A stretch of 64,000 nucleotides of DNA from Planctomycetaceae bacterium. Lineage in GTDB: Bacteria > Planctomycetota > PLA2. The stretch covers positions 6,922 to 70,921 of the forward strand of contig WYBS01000091.1 of NCBI GenBank assembly GCA_011525755.1, given 5' to 3'. A model generated the notes under the pieces. That model was given only the letters and a program-made list of their open reading frames with translations. It searched no databases and had not been told where the DNA came from. How positions within the stretch are numbered: position 1 is the first letter of the stretch; each line of letters begins with the position of its first letter. Below, one piece after another: positions 18,553-29,349 of the stretch. The translations under genes and the position numbers were made by a program.

Positions 18553-18598
18553 TCGAGGGGGGGGCGGGGGCGCGGCCCTCGGAGCCCCCCCTTTTCTT
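18553..18598 (+). terminator. Rho-independent terminator (GC-rich hairpin followed by a TTTTCTT tract)
   Basis: 'gggggggcgggggcgcggccctcggagccccccc ttttcttcc' lies immediately after the peroxidase stop. Confidence 0.5.
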
Positions 18599-18623
18599 CC
18601 CGCGCAGGCGAAGATCGCGCTCC

Positions 18624-19730
18624 ATGAAGAGCGTGCTCGTCGTCGGCGCGGGCCGCGTCGGCAGGACCATCGTCCATATGCTCTCGGTCGAGGGCAGCTA
18701 CCGCGTCCGCATCGCCGACGCGGATGCCGTCGCCGCCGCGCGGGTCGCGAGAGAGGCCGAGCGGGTGGAGGCCTTCCCCGAGAGCGTGGAGGAGCGCGCG
18801 AGACTCCTGCGGGCGATGGAGGGGTGCGCGGCGGTCGTGTCCGCGGCGCCGTTCGCCGCGAACCCGCGGATCGCCGAGGCCGCCGCCGCGCAGGGCATCG
18901 CCTACCTCGACCTCACGGAGGATGTGCGGGTCACGCAGTTCGTGAAGGAGATCGCGGGGAAGGCGAAGTCCGCGTTCATCCCGCAGTGCGGCGTCGCGCC
19001 GGGCTTCGTCACCCTCGCGGGGATCCACATCATCGAGCAGTTCGACGAGGTGGACACGCTGACGCTCCGGGTCGGCGCGCTCCCCGAGCAGCCGAACAAC
19101 CGGCTCAAGTACAACCTCACCTGGTCGACGGAGGGGCTCGTCAACGAGTACCTGCACCCGTGCGAGGCGCTCCGCGAGGGGAAGCTGACCCTCGTGCCGC
19201 CCCTCGAGCAGCGCGAGGAGGTCGTGATCGGCGGCGTCACCTACGAGGCCTTCACGACCTCGGGGGGCGTCGGGACGCTCTGCCACAGCTACCAGGGCAG
19301 GATCCGCCAGCTCGACTACAAGACGATCCGGTACCCGGGGCACCTCGACCTGATCCGGTTCCTCGTGGACGACCTCGGCTTCAAGGACCACCCGGAGGAG
19401 CTCGTCCGCATCTTCCAGCGATCGATCCCCGCGACCCTCGACGACTTCGTGATCGTCTCCGTGCGCGGCCTCGGCACCTCGCAGGGGCGGTACATGGAGA
19501 AGACCTACTGGCGGCGCGTGAACGGGCGCTACCTCGGGAAGCACTTCTTCACCGGGATCGAGATCTCGACGGCCGCGGGGGTGTGCGGCGTCCTCCACCT
19601 GCTGCTCCTCGGCGAGCTGCCGCAGAAGGGGCTCGTGATGACCGAGCAGGTCTCCTACGAGCGGTTCATGGAGACGCCCTTCGGGCTCTACTACGCCCGC
19701 CCGGGCCAGGCCGGCCGCCAGCCGGACTGA
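18624..19730 (+). CDS. saccharopine dehydrogenase family protein
   Basis: Rossmann '[14 protein letters not shown]'. Saccharopine dehydrogenase-like C-terminal region. Confidence 0.8.
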   Translation: MKSVLVVGAGRVGRTIVHMLSVEGSYRVRIADADAVAAARVAREAERVEAFPESVEERARLLRAMEGCAAVVSAAPFAANPRIAEAAAAQGIAYLDLTEDVRVTQFVKEIAGKAKSAFIPQCGVAPGFVTLAGIHIIEQFDEVDTLTLRVGALPEQPNNRLKYNLTWSTEGLVNEYLHPCEALREGKLTLVPPLEQREEVVIGGVTYEAFTTSGGVGTLCHSYQGRIRQLDYKTIRYPGHLDLIRFLVDDLGFKDHPEELVRIFQRSIPATLDDFVIVSVRGLGTSQGRYMEKTYWRRVNGRYLGKHFFTGIEISTAAGVCGVLHLLLLGELPQKGLVMTEQVSYERFMETPFGLYYARPGQAGRQPD

Positions 19731-19810
19731 GGCGCGCCTCGCAGCCGGGGGCCTGCAGCCTTAGGAGTGGACGGGGGGCCGGCGGGCGGTATACTCATGC
19801 CGATTCAAGA

Positions 19811-19840
19811 TCGGGCGCGGGAGAGCGCCCCTTTTTGTTT
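19811..19840 (+). terminator. Rho-independent terminator-like hairpin between the saccharopine-DH-like gene and guaB
   Basis: 'gggcgc ggga ga gcgccc' stem followed by 'ctttttgttt'. It is preceded by a TATACT -10-like hexamer at about 19790. Confidence 0.5.
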
Positions 19841-19885
19841 CGTACCGGATCGCGCGCCCTCCCGAACCCGGGAACCGAGGTGCGC

Positions 19886-21349
19886 ATGCTGGACCGGATC
19901 GTTGGCGAGGCCATCACCTTCGACGACGTCCTTCTCGTGCCGACGTACAGCGAGGTCGTCGGCTCGGACGTGGACGTGACAAGCCAGGCGACCCGCCGCG
20001 TCGGCCTGAAGATCCCCATCGTGAGTTCCGCGATGGACACGGTCACCGAGTCCGCGCTCGCGATCTCGCTCGCGCAGCAGGGCGGCCTCGGGATCATCCA
20101 CAAGAACCTCTCGATCGACCGGCAGGTGAAGGAGGTCTACCTCGTCAAGCGCTCGGTCAACGGGATCATCTACGACCCGATCACGCTGCCGCCGCACGAG
20201 AAGGTGGGCACGGCGCGCCGCCTCATGGAGGAGAACAAGATCTCCGGCATTCCGATCGTGGAGGGGAGGCGGGTCGTGGGCATCCTCACGAGCCGCGACC
20301 TCCGATTCCGCCGCGACGAGAACGCCCGGATCGCCGACGTGATGACGCGCGACAACCTCGTCACGGGACCGATCGACACCACGCTCGAGGACGCGAAGGA
20401 CGTCCTCCACAAGTCGAAGGTCGAGAAGCTGCTCCTCGTCGACAAGCAGTACAACCTCCAGGGGCTCATCACGATCAAGGACATCAACAAGCTGATGGAG
20501 TTCCCGTTCTCGAACCTCGACCCCAAGGGGCGGCTCCGGGCGGGGGCGGCCGTCGGCGCGACCGGCGACGCGCGCGAGCGCGCCGCGGCGCTCGTCGAGC
20601 AGGGCGTGGACGTGCTCGTCGTGGACACCGCCCACGGCCACAGCCGGAACGTCGGGCGGATGGTCGAGCACCTGAAGGCGCACCACGACGTGGACGTGAT
20701 CGCGGGCAACGTGGCGACGGCGGACGGGGCCAAGTATCTCGCGGACGCCGGCGCGGACGGCGTGAAGGTCGGGATCGGCCCGGGCTCGATCTGCACGACG
20801 CGCGTCATCGCTGGCGTCGGCGTGCCGCAGCTCTCCGCGATCGCGGGGGCCGTCGGGGCCCTGCGCGACCGCGACATCCCCGTGATCGCCGACGGCGGCA
20901 TCCGCTACAGCGGCGACATCGTGAAGGCGATCGGCGCCGGCGCCCACTGCGTGATGGTCGGCTCCCTCTTCGCGGGCACGGAGGAGAGCCCCGGCGAGAC
21001 CGTCCTCTTCCGAGGCCGGACGTTCAAGAGCTACCGCGGGATGGGGAGCCTCGGCGCGATGGCGCAGGGGAGCAAGGACCGCTACGGCCAGGAGGAGATC
21101 CGCGCGACCGAGAAGTTCGTCCCGGAGGGCGTCGAGGGGCGCGTGCCCTACAAGGGCCACCTGAAGGATCTCGTGCACCAGCTCGTCGGCGGGCTCAGGC
21201 AGGGGATGGGGTACTGCGGCACGCGCACGGTCCCGGAGCTCCGGACGAAGGCGCGCTTCCTCCGGGTGAGCCAGGCGGGCGTCGTCGAGAACCACCCGCA
21301 CGACATCGAGATCACGAAGGAAGCGCCGAACTACCGGACCGAGCGGTGA
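19886..21349 (+). CDS. guaB: IMP dehydrogenase
   Basis: Full-length IMPDH with CBS pair. Catalytic '[11 protein letters not shown]'. Confidence 0.95.
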   Translation: MLDRIVGEAITFDDVLLVPTYSEVVGSDVDVTSQATRRVGLKIPIVSSAMDTVTESALAISLAQQGGLGIIHKNLSIDRQVKEVYLVKRSVNGIIYDPITLPPHEKVGTARRLMEENKISGIPIVEGRRVVGILTSRDLRFRRDENARIADVMTRDNLVTGPIDTTLEDAKDVLHKSKVEKLLLVDKQYNLQGLITIKDINKLMEFPFSNLDPKGRLRAGAAVGATGDARERAAALVEQGVDVLVVDTAHGHSRNVGRMVEHLKAHHDVDVIAGNVATADGAKYLADAGADGVKVGIGPGSICTTRVIAGVGVPQLSAIAGAVGALRDRDIPVIADGGIRYSGDIVKAIGAGAHCVMVGSLFAGTEESPGETVLFRGRTFKSYRGMGSLGAMAQGSKDRYGQEEIRATEKFVPEGVEGRVPYKGHLKDLVHQLVGGLRQGMGYCGTRTVPELRTKARFLRVSQAGVVENHPHDIEITKEAPNYRTER

Positions 21350-22881
21350 GCCACGAAACCGTCTTCATCCTCGACTTCGGCGCGCAGTACGCGCAGCTGA
21401 TCGCCCGGCGGGTGCGCGAGCACCACTGCTACTGCGAGATCGTGCCCGCCTCGATCGACCCCGCGCGCCTCGCGGGCGCGAAGGGGATCATCCTCACCGG
21501 CGGCCCCGCGAGCGTCTATGCGAAGGGCGCCCCGCGCTGCGACCGGAGGGTCTTCGACCTCGGCGTCCCCGTGCTCGGCATCTGCTACGGCATGCAGCTC
21601 ATGTGCCACGAGCTCGGCGGCAAGGTGGTGGCGGCGGAGCGGCGCGAGTACGGCCACGCGCGGCTCGACGTCGCGGAGGAGGGCGACCTCTTCCACAAGA
21701 TCCCCCCGCGGACGCAGGTCTGGATGAGCCACGGGGACAGCGTGGAGGACCCGGGGCCCGGCTTCGAGACGCTCGCGCGCACGACGAACACGCCGTTCGC
21801 CGCCGTCCGTCACCCGGAGCGCCGGCTCTACGGCATCCAGTTCCACCCCGAGGTGACGCACACCGAGAAGGGGCGCGAGATCCTCGGCAACTTCCTCCTC
21901 CGCATCTGCAGGCTCTCGGGCGACTGGCAGATGGGCTCCTTCATCGAGGAGACCGTCGGGCGGATCCGGGAGAGGGTCGGGGAGAGCGGGGTCGTGCTCG
22001 GCCTCTCGGGCGGCGTCGATTCGATGGTGGTCGCGAAGCTCTGCGAGCGCGCGATCGCGGCGCACGTGCACCCGATCTTCGTGGACAACGGTCTCCTGCG
22101 GAAGGGCGAGGCCGAGGACGTGAAGAAGACGTTCGCGGACCACTTCTCGGTGCAACTCGACTTCGTGGATGCGAGCGCGCTCTTCCTCGACCGGCTGCGC
22201 GGCGTGGTCGATCCCGAGCGGAAGCGGAAGATCATCGGCCACACCTTCATCGAGGTCTTCAAGGCCGAGGCGAAGCGGTTCAAGGACGCGAGGTTCCTCG
22301 CGCAGGGCACGCTCTACCCGGACGTGATCGAGTCGGTCGCCGCGCACGGCGGCCCGACGGCGACGATCAAGACGCACCACAACGTCGGGGGGTTGCCGGA
22401 GGAACTCGGCTTCGAGCTGCTGGAGCCGCTGCGCGAGCTCTTCAAGGACGAGGTCCGCACCATCGGCCGCGCGCTCGGCCTTCCCGAGAGGATCGTGTCG
22501 CGCCACCCCTTCCCGGGCCCCGGCCTCGCGGTGCGTGTGCTCGGCGAGGTCACGCCCGAGCGGCTGCGGCTGCTGCAGGAGGCGGACGACCGCGTCCAGC
22601 AGGAGATCCGGGCCTCTGGCCTCTATCCGTCCCTCTGGCAGGCGTTCGCCGTGCTCCTCCCCGTCCAGAGCGTCGGCGTGATGGGGGACGAGCGGACCTA
22701 CGAGCACGTGGTCGCGGTCCGCGCGGTGACCTCGCTCGACGCGATGACCGCCGACGTGGCCGAGCTCCCCTACGACCTCCTGAAGCGCATCTCGAACCGG
22801 ATCATCAACGAGGTGCGCGGCATCAACCGCGTCGCGTACGACATCTCGAGCAAGCCGCCCGCGACGATCGAGTGGGAGTAG
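21346..22881 (+). CDS. guaA: GMP synthase (glutamine-hydrolysing)
   Basis: GATase 'GICYGMQ'. PP-loop 'SGGVDS'. Ends '...PATIEWE'. GTGA overlap with guaB. Confidence 0.95.
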   Translation: MSHETVFILDFGAQYAQLIARRVREHHCYCEIVPASIDPARLAGAKGIILTGGPASVYAKGAPRCDRRVFDLGVPVLGICYGMQLMCHELGGKVVAAERREYGHARLDVAEEGDLFHKIPPRTQVWMSHGDSVEDPGPGFETLARTTNTPFAAVRHPERRLYGIQFHPEVTHTEKGREILGNFLLRICRLSGDWQMGSFIEETVGRIRERVGESGVVLGLSGGVDSMVVAKLCERAIAAHVHPIFVDNGLLRKGEAEDVKKTFADHFSVQLDFVDASALFLDRLRGVVDPERKRKIIGHTFIEVFKAEAKRFKDARFLAQGTLYPDVIESVAAHGGPTATIKTHHNVGGLPEELGFELLEPLRELFKDEVRTIGRALGLPERIVSRHPFPGPGLAVRVLGEVTPERLRLLQEADDRVQQEIRASGLYPSLWQAFAVLLPVQSVGVMGDERTYEHVVAVRAVTSLDAMTADVAELPYDLLKRISNRIINEVRGINRVAYDISSKPPATIEWE

Positions 22882-22896
22882 GCCCTGACGCTCGAG

Positions 22897-23436
22897 GTGC
22901 TCCTCACCTGCGCGGCGATCGTCGTCGGCCGCGTCGCGGACGTGACCCTCGGCACGATCCGGACGGTCTTCGTCGTCCACGGCCGGCGCGGCGTCGCGTG
23001 CCTCCTCGGCTTCTTCGAGCTGCTCATCTGGGTCGTCGTCGTCTCGCGCGTCGTCCGGAACCTGGACCAGCCGATCTACGCCGTCAGCTACGCGGGCGGG
23101 TTCGCGCTGGGCACATTCCTGGGGATCACGGTCGAGGGCTGGTTCGGCGCGGGCGACCAGGTGATCCGCGTCTTCTCGCGGGTCGGCCCCCAGCTCGTGA
23201 AGGACCTCCGCGGGCAGGGCTACGTCGTGACCCAGTTCGACGGGACGGGCAAGCAGGGCCCGATCACCATGCTCTTCCTCCAGGCGCCGCGGCGGAAGAT
23301 GCGCCCCGTGATCGAGCACGTCGTCCGCGCCGACCCCGAGTGCTTCTACATCGTGGACGACATCCGCCTGAGCTCGGGGAGAAAGGTCCGGTTCAACCCG
23401 CCGACCGGCTGGCGCGCGCTCCTACGGAAGAAGTAG
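22897..23436 (+). CDS. DUF2179/UPF0316-like small membrane protein
   Basis: 179 aa. N-terminal TM helices plus a C-terminal region resembling DUF2179 (YebE/YitT-like). Confidence 0.55.
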   Translation: MLLTCAAIVVGRVADVTLGTIRTVFVVHGRRGVACLLGFFELLIWVVVVSRVVRNLDQPIYAVSYAGGFALGTFLGITVEGWFGAGDQVIRVFSRVGPQLVKDLRGQGYVVTQFDGTGKQGPITMLFLQAPRRKMRPVIEHVVRADPECFYIVDDIRLSSGRKVRFNPPTGWRALLRKK

Positions 23437-23699
23437 GAGCCCCGCGGCGGGGCGAGTCCGAGGGGGTCCGGGGGCACGCCGGCCGTACGCCGGGCACCCT
23501 CCCCCCGGAGCCCCCCTCCCTCGTGACGGAATCGATGGACGCGCGCACCACGCAGGGGTCCTCCTCCCTCCTCAGGGCTTGCGCTTCGCGGCGCGCGGGA
23601 GTTAAAAAAGGACCGCCGCGCGCGTGCGAGGAAGGCGCGGCGAAGCGAGTGAGGGCCGTGCGAGACGAGGGACAACGAATCCGGTACGCTGAGGGGTCC

Positions 23700-24533
23700 A
23701 TGCCCGCGTTCGAGCAGATCCGGCGCGACCTGGACGAATCCCCTTCCGACGTCGTCCAGTGGGAGGCCGCATGCCTGAAGGACATGGCGAGCCTCCTCGA
23801 TAGCCTCGAGCGGGCGCGGTCCGAATGGCAGTCGCTCTCGGCGCAGCTCGCGGAGGCGCGGTCGCTCGCTGCGGAGGCGCGCCGCACGCGCGAGGAGCTC
23901 GGGCTCGCGCGCGAGGAGGTCACGGCCCTCCGTCGCGAGGCGGACACGCTGCGCGACGAGGCCGGGCGTGTCGTTTTCGCCGAGGCGGCGGCGGCGGCGG
24001 CGCTCGAGCGCGTGGCGGAGCTCGAGCGGCGGCTCGGCGAGGCGCGAGCGAACACGGACACGGCCGAGGCGGAGCTCGTCCGCATGGCGGAGCGGCTCGC
24101 GACGGTCCAGCGGGAGCGCGACGTGCTCGCCGAGAACGAGCAGACGTGCGCGCAGCTCAAGGCCGAGGCGGCGGAGCTGCGCACCCGCCTGAAGCGCGCG
24201 GAGGGGGCGAGGAAGGAGCTCGACGAGGAGCGCGACCGCGCGGCGTCGATCGAGCGCGAGCTCGAGCGCGTGCGACGCGACGCGGGGCAGGCGAAGAAGG
24301 AGGCCGAGGCGCAGATGATCCTCGCCTGCGACCTGCGCGTGCAGCTGAACCGGCTCGAGAAGGAGCGCGACGAGGCGGCGGAGCGGGGGAAGAGGAAGCT
24401 CCGGGCGACGCTCGAGAAGGTGCACGCGGCGCTCGACGAGACCGGCGCCCCGCGCGGCGACGACCTGTCGTTCAGCGAGCGGATCCGCTGGGTCGCGGGC
24501 CGGCTCGCCGAGCGCGGCGGCGCGGCGGGCTGA
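23700..24533 (+). CDS. hypothetical coiled-coil protein
   Basis: 277 aa, heptad-rich ('LAEARSLAAEARRTREELGLAREEVTALRREADTLRDE...'). Start has an upstream purine-rich stretch. Chosen over the 912-aa antisense ORF. Confidence 0.55.
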   Translation: MPAFEQIRRDLDESPSDVVQWEAACLKDMASLLDSLERARSEWQSLSAQLAEARSLAAEARRTREELGLAREEVTALRREADTLRDEAGRVVFAEAAAAAALERVAELERRLGEARANTDTAEAELVRMAERLATVQRERDVLAENEQTCAQLKAEAAELRTRLKRAEGARKELDEERDRAASIERELERVRRDAGQAKKEAEAQMILACDLRVQLNRLEKERDEAAERGKRKLRATLEKVHAALDETGAPRGDDLSFSERIRWVAGRLAERGGAAG

Positions 24534-24594
24534 GCCGGGCGACGGGCTGAGGCGGGAGACGGGCTGAGCCGGGCGACGGGTTGAGCCGGGCGAA
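24527..24594. repeat. 4 tandem copies of a 17-bp unit (GGGCTGAGCCGGGCGAC)
   Basis: U1 24527-24543 contains the TGA stop of the coiled-coil gene. U2 'gggctgaggcgggagac'. U3 is identical to U1. U4 'gggttgagccgggcgaa'. Confidence 0.8.
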
Positions 24595-24626
24595 TACGGC
24601 CGGGCCGCCGCGAGTATCATCCATTC

Positions 24627-26138
24627 GTGCGGCGGGTCGCCCTCGCGTGCGTCGTTGTCGTCGCCGCGCTGGTGCTCCTGCTTGCCGGCGATCATGTGGC
24701 GCGGGCGCGCGCCCGGATGCCGCGGGCGGAAGCGGGCCAGGCTGACGGTGGGCGGGCGGCCGCACGAGGCGAAGCCGGGACCGCGCGGGCAGGCCGGGAG
24801 CGCGTGTCGGCCGCGCCGCCGGTCGTCCGCCTGCGCGCCGCCGGCGTCCTGCTCCTCGACGGCGAGGCCACGACGCTCGGCGGCCTCCGGCGCGCCTGCG
24901 CGGGGAGGGACGCCGTCGACCTCCGTGTCGACGAGGGGGCGCCGTGGGCGCGGATCCAGTGGGTGCTCGCTGCGCTCGAGCGGGCCCCGGTGGCGCGCGT
25001 CCGTTTCGAGCTCGCCGACGGCGCGGCGGAGGCCTGTTTCCGGTCGGACTTCTGGAAGCAGGATGCGCGCCACCTCGTGGGCGGGCACACCGCGGCAGTC
25101 CTCGCCGTGGACGCCAGGAGGCTCGTCGACCCCGGGCTTGCGGCGGACCTCGCGGACGAGGCCTTGGCGACCGGGCGGGAGCGCGGCCTCAGGCCTCTCG
25201 GGGAGCTGCGCCCGGCCCCGTCGCAGCCCTTCGGCGACGTCGCTCCCGCGCTGCGCGCCTTCCGTGACGCGGACGTCGAGCTGGAGTTCCGCTTCCTCCT
25301 CCCAGACGATCCGGTCCCCGAGTCGATCCCGGCGCTCGCCGACGACGTCTCGGAGTGGCCGGATCTCGCCGGGTGGTGGAACCCGCCCTGCTCCTGCGCT
25401 CCCGGTTTCATCGCCGTGGACCTGCCCGTCGCGGACTTGGGGGAGGCGAACAGGGGAGAGGAGGACGATAGGGTCATCATCCAGCTCGGCCGCGACGGGA
25501 ACCTGTTCCGGTATGGGGAGGTGAGCCTCGACGCGTTGGGCGAGCAGCTCGTCGCCGCCAAGGAGCGCTACGACCTCAAGATGAAGCAGCAGGGGAGACG
25601 TGGCGTCGAGGAGCTCCCGGACGGGACGTTCGCCTCGAAGCTCTACGTCCTGATCCGGGCCGACAGCGCCGCGCCGGCGCGGCAATTGGGCTGGATCCTG
25701 CATGTGCTCGCGAGGGAGCGCCTGTACAAGGTGCAGTACGCCGTGAGGCGGGCGCCGCCGGCGGGCGAGGAGCCCTGTGTCGACCCCGGCTACGTGATCC
25801 TCCGTTCGTTCCTGCCGACGGACAACCTGCCGGATCTCGCCGGGGCGACGCCGCCCGTCGTGCGCGTCTACGTCGATCCCGGCGCCTACGGCATCGGCCC
25901 CACGGGCGGGTTGGATCTCGAGACGGTCGAGAAGCTCGCGCGCGAGGAGCACGAGCGCGCGCGGGCAGGCGACAGCGCGAGCTTCGTCGCGGCCGTCCAC
26001 ATCGCTCCCGGCGTCGAGTGGGGGCGCGTCATCGCCGCGATCAACGTGCTCGCCCGCGCCGGCTTCGGAAAGATCGACTTCCACGGTCTTCCGGCGCCGG
26101 ACGAGGCGACGCGGCGGTTGAGCCCGCTCCCGCGCTGA
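24627..26138 (+). CDS. membrane-anchored protein with three ExbD/TolR-like domains
   Basis: N-terminal TM 'VALACVVVVAALVLLLAG'. Three segments resemble ExbD cores (e.g. 'VLLLDGEATTLGGLRRACAG...VDLRVDEGAPWARIQWVLAALE', 'VIIQLGRDGNLFRYG...LYVLIRADSAAPARQLGWILHVLA', 'VRVYVDPGAYGIG...VAAVHIAPGVEWGRVIAAINVLARAGF'). Confidence 0.45.
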   Translation: MRRVALACVVVVAALVLLLAGDHVARARARMPRAEAGQADGGRAAARGEAGTARAGRERVSAAPPVVRLRAAGVLLLDGEATTLGGLRRACAGRDAVDLRVDEGAPWARIQWVLAALERAPVARVRFELADGAAEACFRSDFWKQDARHLVGGHTAAVLAVDARRLVDPGLAADLADEALATGRERGLRPLGELRPAPSQPFGDVAPALRAFRDADVELEFRFLLPDDPVPESIPALADDVSEWPDLAGWWNPPCSCAPGFIAVDLPVADLGEANRGEEDDRVIIQLGRDGNLFRYGEVSLDALGEQLVAAKERYDLKMKQQGRRGVEELPDGTFASKLYVLIRADSAAPARQLGWILHVLARERLYKVQYAVRRAPPAGEEPCVDPGYVILRSFLPTDNLPDLAGATPPVVRVYVDPGAYGIGPTGGLDLETVEKLAREEHERARAGDSASFVAAVHIAPGVEWGRVIAAINVLARAGFGKIDFHGLPAPDEATRRLSPLPR

Positions 26139-26282
26139 GGCCGTGGGGCTCCCCGGTTCCTGTCGGACCCACGCCGTACGAATGTCCTTGAATGGAAAAG
26201 GGATCGAGTCCCCGCAGGGGAATCCCTGTTCATACGGTCACGCCTCGGCGAGGGCGCGGGCGGGCAGAGCGCCGCCGGGGCG

Positions 26283-26431
26283 AGCGCCAGATGTTCGCAC
26301 ACCGCCTTCCGCCGACGCGGGGCCCCGCGCTGGCGTCCGGGCGGCAGATGTCCGTACGCGGCGCCGCGCGCAGCGCAGGGCGCCCGTGGCATCGGGCGCG
26401 ATCGCCGCCAGGCGCCAGATGTTCGCACAAG
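26283..26431. repeat. three copies (two perfect, one degenerate) of the 18-bp motif GCGCCAGATGTTCGCACA, about 60 bp apart, in a convergent intergenic region
   Basis: Reverse complement of the motif at 4590-4665. Middle copy 'ggcagatgtccgtacgc'. Confidence 0.6.
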
Positions 26432-26551
26432 GATCCGCCCACGGCGGACCAGGGAAGTGCAGGAGCGGCACGCGTTCGTGCCTACGCCCGGATCCGCCGG
26501 GGCGCCCGGACGAGTCCTGGTCCTGCGCGGACCGCGCTCGCTCCGGCAGCG

Positions 26552-27904
26552 CTACCGGCCGTCGCCGCGGCCCGCGTCCTGCGGAATGTCGTCGCGGCGG
26601 GCGGGGTCGTCCCGGTCCTCCCAGAAGAGGAACCACGCCCCGCGGCCGAAGTCGCCCGACTCGCCGCGCAGGATGCGCATCGCCGTGCGGACGAAGTTCT
26701 TGCCGTTGTCGTCGTGCTGGTCCTCGAGGATCTTCCGGAAGACCGGCTCCGTCGTCTTCGGGTCGCCGACGTAGGCGAGCGTGAACACGATCCCGCCGCG
26801 CACGGCGCGGTCCTTCGTCTTCAGCGCCGCCTGCTCGAGCTTCGTCCGCACGAGCGGCGCCGCCTTCTCGCCCGTGTAGGAGCGGAGCGAGAGGGCCGCG
26901 TGCTTCCGGACCATGTTCTGCTTGTCGCCGTTGAGCGTCTTGAGGAGCGCCGCGGCCGCATCCTCGTGCGCCACGGGCCCGCCGCATGCACCCGCCGCCC
27001 GGCACGCGTTCTTGCGCGCGACCGGGTCGCTCTCCTTCTTCACGCGCTTCAGGAGCGGCTCGATCGACTCCTTCTGCGCGAGATACTCGAGCGCCACCGC
27101 CGCGAAGGAGCGCACGACCGCGTCCTTGTGCTCGAGGTGCTCCTCGATCGGCACCCGCGCGTCCAGCACCTGCGCGCGCCCGAGGCAGCGGATGGCGTCG
27201 CACTTCACCTCGGCGTCGTTCGTGCGCCGGAGAAGCTCGATCATCGCGGCGCGGGCCGCGGGCTTCTCGGTCGCGAGGAGGTTCCCCATCGCCATCCGGC
27301 GCGCCTCGCGGTCCTTGCCCTCGGCCCTCGCGAGGTCGTTCCGCTCCGCATCGGAGAGGGGGGTGCCCGCGGGGGGAGAACCCTCCGGCGTCCCCTCTTC
27401 CCCGGGCCCCTTCTCCTTCTCCTCGAGCGCGCGCCGCATCCGGGCGAGCAGCTCGCGCTTGTCCATCCAGTACTCCTTGCGGGCAAGGAGCGTCCCGTCG
27501 GAGGCGAACCACGCGTGCTGCGGCGAGATCATCTCGCCCCTCGCCTCGGCGGAGACGAACCGGTCGCCGTACTTCGCGGCGAGCGCCTGCCAGCAGTGGA
27601 GGTGCTCCGCGCAGGTCACGATCCCGAAGCGCGGGCAGGGGCCGCTCTCCCTGTGCGCCGGGACGCTCAGGACGACCATCACGAAGCTCTTCGAGAGCTC
27701 CACGAACTCCGGGTCCCGGTAGATCTCCTTCGCGGTCGCCTCGCTCGCCTTCTCCCCGTCGTTGCTGTTGATGCAGACCATGACCGGGCACTTCCGCTCC
27801 TTCGCGAGCTCGAAGGCCTTGTCGAAGTCGGGGACCCACTCGACCTGCGGGTCGGCCGCCGCGGCGGGGAGCGCCGCGAGGAGGAGGACGATCGCGATTC
27901 TCAT
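26552..27904 (-). CDS. secreted thioredoxin-like domain plus HEAT-repeat protein
   Basis: Signal peptide 'MRIAIVLLLAALPAAAADP'. 'KCPVMVCINSNDG' thioredoxin-fold-like. HEAT/PBS-lyase-like repeats ('DAVVRSFAAVALEYL...DPVARKNACRAAGACG'). ATGA overlap with the gatB stop. Confidence 0.65.
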   Translation of the reverse strand: MRIAIVLLLAALPAAAADPQVEWVPDFDKAFELAKERKCPVMVCINSNDGEKASEATAKEIYRDPEFVELSKSFVMVVLSVPAHRESGPCPRFGIVTCAEHLHCWQALAAKYGDRFVSAEARGEMISPQHAWFASDGTLLARKEYWMDKRELLARMRRALEEKEKGPGEEGTPEGSPPAGTPLSDAERNDLARAEGKDREARRMAMGNLLATEKPAARAAMIELLRRTNDAEVKCDAIRCLGRAQVLDARVPIEEHLEHKDAVVRSFAAVALEYLAQKESIEPLLKRVKKESDPVARKNACRAAGACGGPVAHEDAAAALLKTLNGDKQNMVRKHAALSLRSYTGEKAAPLVRTKLEQAALKTKDRAVRGGIVFTLAYVGDPKTTEPVFRKILEDQHDDNGKNFVRTAMRILRGESGDFGRGAWFLFWEDRDDPARRDDIPQDAGRGDGR

Positions 27905-29349
27905 GCGAGCAGGCGCCTCAACGTCGCCTCGACCACGGCCGGGTCGGCCTTGCCTTTCATCTCGCGCATCACGAAGCCCTTGATCGCGTTGAGCGCCGCC
28001 TGCTTGCCCCCGCGGTAGTCCGCGACGGCCTTCGCGTTCGCCGCGATCGCGCGGCGCGCGGTCTCCTCGATCTGCCCGAGGTCGTCGATCCGCGCGAGGC
28101 CGAGCTTCTGGACGAGCGCCGCGGGGTCGTCGCCGCCTTCGAGGAGGCGCGGCAGGAGGTCCTTCGCCGCGGCCTGGCGCGAGACCTTGCCCTCCTCGAC
28201 CAGCCGCACGAGCGCGGCGAGGCGCGCGGGCGGAAGGCGGAGCTCCGCGACCGTCTTCTTCGCCTCGTTCGCGTGACGCGCGAGGTCGCTGACGATCCAG
28301 TTCGCCGCGGGCTTCGGCGGCGCGCCGGCGGCGGTCACCTGCTCGAAGTAGTCCGCGGTCGAGCGCTCGCGGGTGAGCGCGTCGGCGTCGTAGTCGGAGA
28401 GCCCGAACTCCGCCGCGAAGCGGCCGCGCCGCGCGGCCGGGAGCTCCGGCACGCGCGCGCTCGCCTCGGCGCGCCATTGGTCGTCGATCGAGAAGGTCGG
28501 GATGTCCGGCTCCGGGAAGTACCGGTAGTCGTGCGCCTCCTCCTTCTCGCGCATCACGAAGGTCTGGTCCCGCTGGTCGTCGTAGCCGCGGGTGGCGCGC
28601 GGCCGCGCCGCGACCGCGGCCCCGAGCTCCCGGTACTCGGCGAGCTGGCGGTCGATCTCGAACTTGAGCGCGCGCTCGACGTTCCGTACGGAGTTCAGGT
28701 TCTTCACCTCGATGATCGGCGTCTTCACGATCGTGCCGCCGCTCTCGATGTGGAGATTGACGTTCGGCTCGCAGCGGAGGTTCCCCTCCTGCATGTTCGC
28801 GTCGCTCACGTCGAGGTACTGGACGAGCGCCCGGAGCGCGTTCAGGTAGGCGCGCGCCTCCTCGGGGGAGGCGATGTCGGGCTCGGAGACGATCTCGACG
28901 AGCGGCGTGCCCGCGCGGTTGAAGTCCACGCGCGAGAGCCCCTTCGCGTCGTCGTGGAGGTTCTTGCCGACGTCCTCCTCGATGTGCAGGCGGCGCAGCC
29001 GCACGACCTTAGCGCCCGCCTCGGTCACGACCTCGATCCCGCCGCCGGTCGCGAGCGGGCGATCGTACTGGCTGATCTGGTAGCCCTTCGGGAGGTCGGG
29101 ATAGAAGTAGTTCTTGCGGTCGAACTTCGTGAGGCCCGCGATCTCGCAGCCCATCGCGGTCGCGAGCGCGAGCGCCATCGTGATCGCCTCGCGGTTCGGC
29201 ACGGGGAGCGAGCCGGGCATGCCGAGGCAGACCGGGCAGACGAGCGTGTTCACGGGCGCGCCGAACTTCACCGGGCAGCCGCAGAACATCTTGCTCCGCG
29301 TCCGGAGCTGGAGGTGGACCTCCATGCCGACCAGCACCTTGTGCTTCAT
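27901..29349 (-). CDS. gatB: Asp-tRNA(Asn)/Glu-tRNA(Gln) amidotransferase subunit B
   Basis: 'MKHKVLVGMEVHLQLRTRSKMFCGCP...'. 483 aa. Confidence 0.95.
   Translation of the reverse strand: MKHKVLVGMEVHLQLRTRSKMFCGCPVKFGAPVNTLVCPVCLGMPGSLPVPNREAITMALALATAMGCEIAGLTKFDRKNYFYPDLPKGYQISQYDRPLATGGGIEVVTEAGAKVVRLRRLHIEEDVGKNLHDDAKGLSRVDFNRAGTPLVEIVSEPDIASPEEARAYLNALRALVQYLDVSDANMQEGNLRCEPNVNLHIESGGTIVKTPIIEVKNLNSVRNVERALKFEIDRQLAEYRELGAAVAARPRATRGYDDQRDQTFVMREKEEAHDYRYFPEPDIPTFSIDDQWRAEASARVPELPAARRGRFAAEFGLSDYDADALTRERSTADYFEQVTAAGAPPKPAANWIVSDLARHANEAKKTVAELRLPPARLAALVRLVEEGKVSRQAAAKDLLPRLLEGGDDPAALVQKLGLARIDDLGQIEETARRAIAANAKAVADYRGGKQAALNAIKGFVMREMKGKADPAVVEATLRRLLA

Noticed and set aside
19790-19886. 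Possible riboswitch or leader upstream of guaB (TATACT box then hairpin plus T-tract)
   Set aside because: The 90-nt segment has none of the conserved purine-riboswitch junction sequences. It is more simply the terminator of the upstream gene followed by the guaB promoter/RBS.
23346-26084. 912-aa minus-strand ORF spanning the coiled-coil and ExbD-like genes
   Set aside because: The plus-strand genes have sensible starts, TM/signal segments and domain-like periodicity. The minus ORF has no features. Residual uncertainty is reflected in the moderate confidence for 24627-26138.
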